DNA of 64,000 nt from the human T2T-CHM13v2.0 reference genome, Homo sapiens: assembly GCF_009914755.1 (NCBI RefSeq), contig NC_060934.1. The stretch is one strand, 5' to 3'. Position 1 is the stretch's first letter. Every line of letters begins with the position of its first letter. Shown piece after piece: positions 51,870 through 64,000 of this stretch. The notes below the pieces were generated by a model. It was not told the origin of the DNA and did not search any database. It worked only from the letters and a program-made list of their open reading frames with translations. A program made the translations under genes and the position numbers.

Positions 51870-52429
51870 TCACTCCCCTACCTCATTTGATCTCCTGCCA
51901 AGACTCCTCTCTTGCTGAACCTAAACAGAACTCGAGGAATTTGAACCCGTTAATACATTCCATATGGCAAGACTGCCAGCACAGATAGCAGGTTGGGAAG
52001 GATAGAGATTACGTCTGGAGGAAGGAATTAAAGATATTTGGCATGGAGGTTCTGATGTTTGGTGGCCAAAAAGCCGTTTGACAAATATCCTCTACAGGTC
52101 TTCATTTAAAAATGTAAAATATGCTTGTGTGGGAAAACTATTTACATTTTTTAAATGGAAAATGAGACACTTCTTTTACATTCTTATAATAAAAGTACAA
52201 TTTTAAACAGATATAATAAATTCGTTTTTTGATTCAAGTGCATAAATTATCTTTTTACTGGGAGCACACTTTACAAAACAGCATATCCTTAAAACTAGGT
52301 TATAAAAATGAAGAGCTTTTAGCAATACCAATTTTAAAAAATCTTTTTCACTCTTGCAAAAAGAATCCTTTAGGGAGTAGTAGTGTTTTAAATAAAGTTT
52401 TCTGAAAACGTTCTAGAATAGAGAAGTAT

Positions 52430-54478
<2,049 letters not shown>

Positions 54479-54824
54479 AAACAGACTAGAGAAGTATTAA
54501 CATATTTATTCTCACTGTTCTACCAGAGTATTTATAATTAATTTACACTGTTTTTGACCTCTAAAAATAATAATCTAAAATCTAAGAGTTCATTTTACTC
54601 ACTTGAATATTCTTTTCATTATATTCTAATGGCACTGAAGAAGCACCTACACAGCCTGGTTCTCTCTGGACTTAGAAGAAAGTGTGTACAATTAAGTCCA
54701 GTGAAAGTATTTTCAACACCTTTCAAATGAGTTTGGAAATGTATTTCTTTACTGTATGAGCAAGTAGTGTTTATGTTAGATAAGATATCCCAAACTGTTT
54801 AAATAGATTATGTTGTCATTATTA

Positions 54825-55075
54825 ATGGTTAATGGAATTCAACTATTTATCCATCAGTCACATTTTGAGTGACATCTATGTGTTCTAGATGTTTGGGCTA
54901 CATTACTGTGTTATAGAGAAAGATTCTTGTGCTCCTGAATCTCACATTCTAGTTGAGTCAAACAATAAATAATACACATACTAAATACATAATATACATG
55001 AGTGTTAGAAATTGATACCCGCTACAGAAAAAAAAAAGAAAAAGTAGAGCAGGATAAAAGGGATTGGAATATAGA
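54825..55075 (-). mobile_element. L2 3' end
   Basis: TTTTGAGTGACATCTATGTGTTCTAG...CTCCTGAATCTCACATTCTAG. Confidence 0.55.
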
Positions 55076-55109
55076 AGCTTTTTTGACTCTTCTCATTTTC
55101 CTCCTTTTT

Positions 55110-57090
<1,981 letters not shown>

Positions 57091-58319
57091 ATCCCCTTAT
57101 CTTAACTTTTGAGATTGGAATATGTCTGCTTAAATTTTTATCTCATGAATGATTTGAAACCATTATCTCATTATCTCCAGGAAACCTTGGAGTCCATAAA
57201 TTACCATAAGAATTCTCAAGACAGATAAGTATCTACAACTATAAAATGACAAGCTTTTCTGTTTAGGGTATCATGCTCAGTAATTTTTCTTAGCTAAATT
57301 CTTGCCAAGACGCAGACCTTCTGTAAGCTGTTTGGAACCTGAGAGATCAATGCTAGGTATTCCTTTGGTAGGCAACTTTTGGTATCAACTTTTCTATCAT
57401 ATACCCCAAGTCATCATTTTTCTCAAACCTTCTGTCTTTTAATATCACAGCAGGATTATCATTTTTAGAATGGTCTTCCTTTAAGTAGTTATCACTAATC
57501 CCATCTGGACATAAAAAAGCTAAAGATATTCAGGGAATTGGCACGCTTCCATGTCTTCAAATGGGCCACTTACCAGGATTTCACTCTCTAGTGCCTCACA
57601 GCCATACGAGATATGAGATTTAGATATTATTAAGATAGCATTTTAAAGGGAATCAATGAATCATCATATTTAGCCAATTACTCACTTTTTTATTACCCTA
57701 CAATTTCAGGCCAATAAACCCCAATGACTGACTTCTCTAAGATATAGACAATCTTATTAATGAGTCATTGCCTAATACCCTGCATGATTCAAGAATATCT
57801 TGAAACAACAATTACCTAGATATCCAAATCCAGCAAGATTAAGGGACATTTTAAAAATAGATACAATTAGTGTTAAGGCACCTAATTAAACAGATTTCTA
57901 TTTGGGAGTAAAAATGTCATTGAATTGGCTGTGGTGCTACCGTAATTAGTCATTTAAGCTGCCAAAGCAAAGTGAAAGTCCAAGAACTGATAAGCTTTCT
58001 AATAACACATGTACTCTATATTTTTCCCCAGAGATCAACATCAATTTCACTGAGCAGGAGTTTTCAGAATCCATTAGATTCTTCTTTTTTGAAAACTCAG
58101 ACAACATCAGCATTACTCTACTATTCTATCACATTTCTGGCTAGTCAGAATTTGTCAGAGAACCAGAGGCGGTTCCTTCAGAAATAGTGCAGTTTAAATT
58201 TTCAATACCTTATGGATGCGGAAAATATTGGGGCAAAACTAAAACAAAAGGAAACGGTGAAATGGCTGTAAAGGTGCTGGTTTCCATGCAAAAGTAGGAA
58301 CAGAGGCTTTTATTCCAAC

Positions 58320-58500
58320 CTACTATGCTTACTTTCATTTTGGTGACTTTAGCTAGCATTCCATTCAAAACATGTTTTTTCAGTTTGTGAGCTCACGCCT
58401 AACTATTCCTTTCCCCATCACTTCTCTACCACTCACTCTCATGGTTACTTACTAGAGTTCATCATTACAAAAAGTGGCACCACTCCATAAGGGTCATCTG
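58320..58500 (+). mobile_element. L2/CR1-type endonuclease fossil
   Basis: TTTGGTGACTTT (F-G-D-F) followed by T-H-S-H-G-Y-L-L-E-F-I-I-T, resembling the THxxGHTLDLVIT motif. Confidence 0.45.
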
Positions 58501-58998
58501 CCACTTCATTTTTAGGTAGTATTGATTCAGTTCCTCTGACTGGAGAGGTAGGAATTCCTCCCTCCTTCCCTGCCTCAAGTAAGTTCTAAGTTTAAAATTC
58601 TTTATTTATAAGTACTTAAAGCTTCTCTTTCATTATCAAGTCAAGGAAGACCATGAATCAAATATATAGTTTTCTTTTTAGAATAACACTATACATCAAT
58701 AATATGTTATAAATGCTCATAATAAATATGAAATGCTAAAAAATTTCTGAGTTATAAATGGAAATTGCAATCCTTTTTAAGTAATTGGGCTTCCTTGGAT
58801 GTATGTTTTTCATTATTAATATATAAGATGAAAATAAATATATCTTAAATTGGAATGAATTTAAGGTAAGGAAATTATTATTCTTGGGGGTAGAAGGATA
58901 TTTTTTGAGGTAGTTAAACCAACCCTTCATCTAAAAGCATAAAAGGATTCGATGACAACTCTTTGGGGGAATAAGACAATGGATAAGTCACCCCAATT

Positions 58999-59245
58999 TA
59001 CAATGATGCAATCTCGGCTCACTGCAACCTCCGCCTCCTGGGTTCAAGCAATTCTCCTGCGTCAGCCTCCTGAGTAGCTGGGAATACAGGCACGCGCAAC
59101 CATGCCTGGCTAATTTTTGTATTTTTTGTAGATTCGGGTTTTGCCATGTTGGGCAGATTGGTCTTGAACTCCTGACCTCAGGTGATCCGCCCACCTCTGC
59201 CTCCCAAAGTGCTGGGATTACAGGCGTGAGCCACTACACCCAGTG
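58999..59245 (-). mobile_element. AluS lacking its 3' end and tail
   Basis: GCAATCTCGGCTCACTGCAACCTCC...GGCGTGAGCCACTACACCCAG. No poly(T) on the left. Confidence 0.9.
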
Positions 59246-60674
59246 TACACAAGCCCTCTAACTTTTATCAGTCTTTATAGAATTTAATGTCTGATGATAC
59301 AATGCATAAATTATTTTATTGTTTTATTTTTAAGCATCTTTTAATATGTAATTTTCACCTAAATTCTTGAGGACAGACACAACTTCTTATTGTTTTAAAA
59401 ATTTTTTCTTTGGCACTTAGCACTCTCCCTGGAAGATGGTAGGTGCTAGATAAATATAACAATAGCTACGCTTCCTAATACAGTTGGTAGTAAACTAGGT
59501 TAGTGGTTCCCTGACCTGTGTGTATTAGAATTACCTGGGTAACCTAAAACAAAATCAGGTCTATTGAATCTCCAAATAATCCATAGATACTGACATAGCT
59601 TATCCACTGCATTAAACATGGCTTAGTGCTCTATTAGATGTTTTATTTAAAAGGTATTTAATATTCTTAGCAACCGTATAAGGTAAATGTTAACAGCTCT
59701 ATTATGCAAATAACAGTAACAGCTAACATTTTCTATATGTTTATTGTATACCAAAGTTCTAAGTACTTTTCATGCATTAACTGATAAGAGGAAAAAAAAG
59801 AAGTGACTTGCCTGAGACCTGGAAGGAAACACGTGAAAAAGCCTGAATTTGGACTCATTTTTTTTTTTTCAACTCCAGAACTTTTTTCACTGAGTCATGT
59901 TGTCTTCCAGGAAATAAAATTATTTGTTAACTCATGGCAAACTGTGACATTTTCACATTAGTTAAAAGCATCCTAGTCAAACTCTTTCCATTCTGTCTTC
60001 TGGAATTTTTACTCAGGGGATGCTCATCTGCCCAAAGCCTTCTCAACCCATCTTTGAGGTGACTTCAAGGCAAATGCACAAGCAGAAGCTGGCTCAGACT
60101 TCTTTATTTATCAAAACCATTGAGGCCAGCCACCTGGATTACTGGTCTACACAAGCCAAATGGAAGAGAAGAAGTGAATAGTCCCTCAGTGAGACAAATA
60201 ACTAGTAATAAATACCTATCAGGGAATAATAACAATACTATCTTCTATTACAGAAGCCATTTTACCCTATTCTTAATAATTACCTTATTTTCTATACTTA
60301 CCAGAGCTAAGCTTAGAGAAAGTTCTGTTCTTTATATATATTTTTTAAATTTTCTTATCAGTCACATTTCAGCTATGCTGTGTGAACAAATGTAGACTCT
60401 CTCTCATATCTAATGAAACTTTCATTTTAGAAACATTAACTGGAATCATAATTACTATTTGACCTTCTCTGCATGCTCCTCAAATCCCCTGACGCAAAAC
60501 AAAATCCAGAGGTTCTTGTTGAAGCCTGAATTATTTATATGCTAAAAAGGAAGGTGTTTAAATGGTATGGCCAAAATGGGCACTTACCTTGGAACTGTCC
60601 AGGACACCAGATATAAAAGGAAAGGTCCAGATAAAGCACGTGATAGTAAAAAACTTAGAAATTTGGAGCAGAAA

Positions 60675-60840
60675 GCCTTGGGTTGTGGAACCATTTCTGG
60701 CTCTTACCAACTGATACAAAAACCTCCAACATGTAAAGCCTCAATTTTCTCATTTGCAGAATGGGAATAATGGCACAAACATGGTAAGGTTGAGGTGAAG
60801 ATTAATGAAATGACATACACGCCTCCCCAACAGGCACCAG
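60675..60840 (+). mobile_element. MIR
   Basis: AAGCCTCAATTTTCTCATTTGCAGAATGGGAATAAT...GTGAAGATTAATGA. Confidence 0.65.
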
Positions 60841-61519
60841 CTCACTGATCTCAGCATGCAGCACTTCCTCTCAGCCCACTGGCATGCCCTTCCTCTGCAG
60901 GGAAGTGGGGGCAGAATGATGTTTCCAACCTTGTGCCTAGTAACTCTGCAATGCGCAGCCTCTGCCACCCACACCCACTGGCATAAGCTCCTTGGGATGT
61001 CTCTCAGGTAACTCAGAGTTCTAAAACTTCAGACACAACCTTGAAGTCCTGTAAATGCAACACAATGGCATAGCGTAGGAAAAGAGAAAAGAAATGAGAT
61101 GTATCTAATAAATGTGTGTGGGCAGAGAGGTAGGCAGGCATTATCTTGAAGGAATGAAGTCTTAAGGGTACAGTTTTTCTACGTCTCATTAATATTCTTG
61201 ATATTCTAAACATCAGCCTTACTTTTTTAGTAAATAAGAAAGAATAAAATCATGATTTGTTCACGTTAGCATATCTCACATGCTGTATTTCCATTGAATG
61301 GCTTGTGTGCAGGGATAAAGAAGCATAAATAACTTTAGATCTTGAAATTCCATATATTTCCAGTTCCAGTAATAATGCTAATAGCATAGTAGAATTTTAT
61401 AAAACATTTTTCATATGTATTTCTCACTTAATCCCATCAACAACTTTCTGACATGGACAAGAAAGTTATATCATTATTGTCCTCATTGCATAAATTAGGA
61501 AACTCTGACACATCCAAAT

Positions 61520-61870
61520 CTGTTAGATTATGCTGTGCAATGAACCCCAAACTCAGTAGGTTACAATGACAAGGGTTTATTTCCCACTCACATAAGTGCA
61601 GTTGTAAACTACCTTTGACTGTGTCCTACATCTTCTTGATTCCAGGATCCACACTGAAGAAGCAGCCCTTTCTCCGTTGTATGGCAGAGAAAAAAAGAGC
61701 AGTGCTGGAACCACATATGGCTCTTAGAGCTTTTGCTAAGACTTAGCATAAAACACTCTGTTTATATTTCTTTCACTAAACCAAGTCACATATCCAAGCC
61801 TGTTGCTAGAAGCAGGGGGAGTATAATCCTCTTATAGGGAACAGAGAGGAATTGGGAACAACAACTTGCA
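61520..61870 (-). mobile_element. MLT1K/L-like LTR
   Basis: GTTAGATTATGCTGTGCAA...GTTTATTTCCCACTCACAT...CAGGATCCACACTGAAGAAGCAGCC...CAAGTCACATATCCAAGCCTG. Confidence 0.6.
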
Positions 61871-62039
61871 TATAAAGGTAAGTATCAGAGCTGGAAATAA
61901 AGCTAAGATTTTCTGATCTTTAAATACAATACTGTTGGGCCTAGCACACTCTTGCGGTGAATGAGCATAGCAGGTACATATAGGCAAATTATGAATTAGT
62001 TTGTAATTTTTAATTTCAGAGAAGATATGCAGCTGACGA

Positions 62040-62860
62040 TAAAATTTGAGGGTCATCAGAGTACAAATCCTTCGTAACCATGAGACTAGATTATTTGTAG
62101 TTTATGGTAATAATAAAGCCAAAAGTGTGACCTTGGAGGTAAATGGGTAAACTATGGTTGAGAGATAGATTCTTGAAAGATAGAGTGTCAAGGAACTTAG
62201 AGATTAAGACATTGAAAGGATCATCGACATGAATATTAAAAACCACCAAAAATGATGGCAATAATAGAATTGGAAAGAGTTCATTGAGCCAGGCTCTAAA
62301 AGCTTTAGGCAGTGAGAGAGTAATCTGGGGATCTGAAGAGGAGCACAACTAGAAGGACCAGTCGGTGTTCTAGTTGGATGACCTGTTGTGTAAAGCTCTG
62401 TGTGTGTGTAGCAGTAGCAGGAAAGGGGAAGTCAGGAAATGGGAAAGAGAAGTGGTCTGAAGTGGTGATGACAAGGAAGGCATATAACAATCTCCTTCAG
62501 AGACCAGCAGCAAGAGGGTTTTAGAGAGAAAATACCCTCCACTTAGGGGTTCTACAAGGAAAGCAGTGAGCTTAGGGTGACCCAGTTTTTAGCAAGATGG
62601 CAAAGGAAGCATTCAGAGAATAGTCTGAAGATACGGGAGATTTTGCTCCCGATTGATCTTGAGTCTAAGAATTTACAGTGGAAGGGTTTCAGAGCTTGAA
62701 GTAGCATGGGCGATGGATTAGGAGTTATTTGTATGAAGTGACAGGAAGATAAAAATCTGAGGGATAAAGGATGACCTGGGAGTCTGGGCTGCTCTGGTGA
62801 TTCGAAGCAGAAATCAATGGCACCATGAGCTGAGCCTTGATGGTGCTGAAGCAGGTGGTA
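62040..62860 (-). mobile_element. L2 ORF2 5' region (APE endonuclease fossil)
   Basis: ORF 62091-62348 VFNIHVDDP...FLDTL...QGHTFGFIIT matches GDFNIHVD...GHTLDLVIT. ORF 62552-62929 LDSRSIGSK resembles the N-terminal NARS motif. Confidence 0.7.
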
Positions 62861-63808
62861 ATGATAAGTCTGTGAGTATTCATGAAGGAGAACATGTGGG
62901 TGTCTGAGTCTCTGCTGGTGTGGAGTCAAAGAAAAGGCCAGGTTTTATCTGCACTGGCCAAGGCTCTGGGGTTTCCTTCTCATTACTGTAGAAGTCACTG
63001 CATATCCTATTTGTATTTTATCCCCAGTGCCATCCAGTGCACAGAGATGAAGCTCAGTAAATGTTTGTTGACTGAGAACAGTCCCTGTTTACGATAAACT
63101 AATAATAAACATTTGTTAAATTTGAAGACTGGAAATAATGTACATGAAACAATTGTGAATAACTTGGCATGTCTGTGGAGTTTTTCATACCAGATGCTGT
63201 TAAGCTTCGCATGGCAGAATGATCTGAGAATGAGTCATCACTGACTCATGGATCCAGCTTGTTTCACCTGCAGCGCTCACTTTAAGTCACAATGACCTTT
63301 TCTGACTACTTGTAATGGCAGCACAGTGGGGACTGCAGTTCCTGGAGAGTGCACCATTAATAGAGTAGTTAGCCAGTACTGTTTTGTTGTCCCTCGGAGT
63401 AAAAGGGAAAGTGAAGCAAGAGAACAGAGATTTAATACTACATATTTTTTCACTCAATTGAGAAATACAACTGAAAAAAAATATATATCCTTATAAAACT
63501 TACTGTTTTAAAAGCGCAGTCCTTGCAAGTTGATTTGGGTGTTTTCAGATAGTGAAAAACTTTTAAAAGATATTAAATTATTACTTTTACTTATGAAGAA
63601 TAAAAGGTAACATAGAGACATAGAAATCAAGAAATCCTCGAGTATTTTCTTTAGAAACACCCCGATTAGAGAAGGAGTTTCCGTTTTTAAGAGAAAATTA
63701 AACCAGATGACCTTAAGTCCTTTTTAACACAAGTTTGTATTAATACCAATTAATAAATTAATCAGATTTGAAAGATTTTTGGACAAATGCCTTTATAACG
63801 TTCTTAAC

Positions 63809-64000
63809 TGATATGGACTGAACTGTATGCCCCCCCTTTCCCCCTGGAATTCATATCCTAAAGCTGTAACTCCCAGTGTGACTGTATCTGGAAATAGGGT
63901 CTTTAGAAGGTAATTAAGGTTAAATGAAGTCATAGGGAAGGATCCTAATCCCGTAGGACTGTGGCCTTAAAAGAAGAGAAAGAGATGTATGAGTTCCTTA
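63809..64000 (+). mobile_element. MLT1A-like MaLR LTR 5' part (continues past the window)
   Basis: TGATATGGACTGAACTG...AATTCATAT...CCCAGTGTGACTGTATCTGGAAATAGGGTCTTTA...GTAATTAAGGTTAAATGA. Confidence 0.85.

Noticed and set aside
58384-58578. Possible 195-nt exon (TTTTTTCAG ... CAA|GTAAGT)
   Set aside because: Stops in all three frames and overlaps an L2-like fossil; not supportable as coding
59697-59711. ATGCAAAT octamers (here and at about 10792, 32590, 33732)
   Set aside because: Frequency is compatible with chance in AT-rich DNA; no good adjacent SOX half-site

Overview
This is AT-rich primate (human-like) genomic DNA, probably intergenic or deep intronic. I see no protein-coding exon, RNA gene, CpG island or CRISPR array. 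Most of the window is interspersed repeats (L1 of many ages, Alu, L2, MIR, MaLR/ERVL LTRs, Tigger/hAT fossils). All sizeable ORFs are transposon remnants or chance ORFs. The main structure is a nested cluster at about 36.9-47.0 kb. A near full-length fossil hAT transposase (BLACKJACK-like, about 37.77-46.36 kb) is split by two retroviral insertions. The first is a two-LTR, internally deleted HERV-H provirus (38535-44274, + strand, type II/LTR7B-like LTRs, GTGCA target-site duplication (TSD), tRNA-His primer-binding site (PBS), intact splice donor). The second, 930 bp further on, is an antisense HERV-K(HML-2) LTR5 solo LTR (45205-46159, TTTACA TSD). Other items worth checking are several perfect palindromes/hairpins, a paired AP-1 site, and an inverted pair of related L1PA copies enclosing the cluster. 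Repeat subfamily names come from recalled consensus sequences and need RepeatMasker/Dfam confirmation. I found no convincing new biological system; the ERV cluster is the best regulatory candidate.
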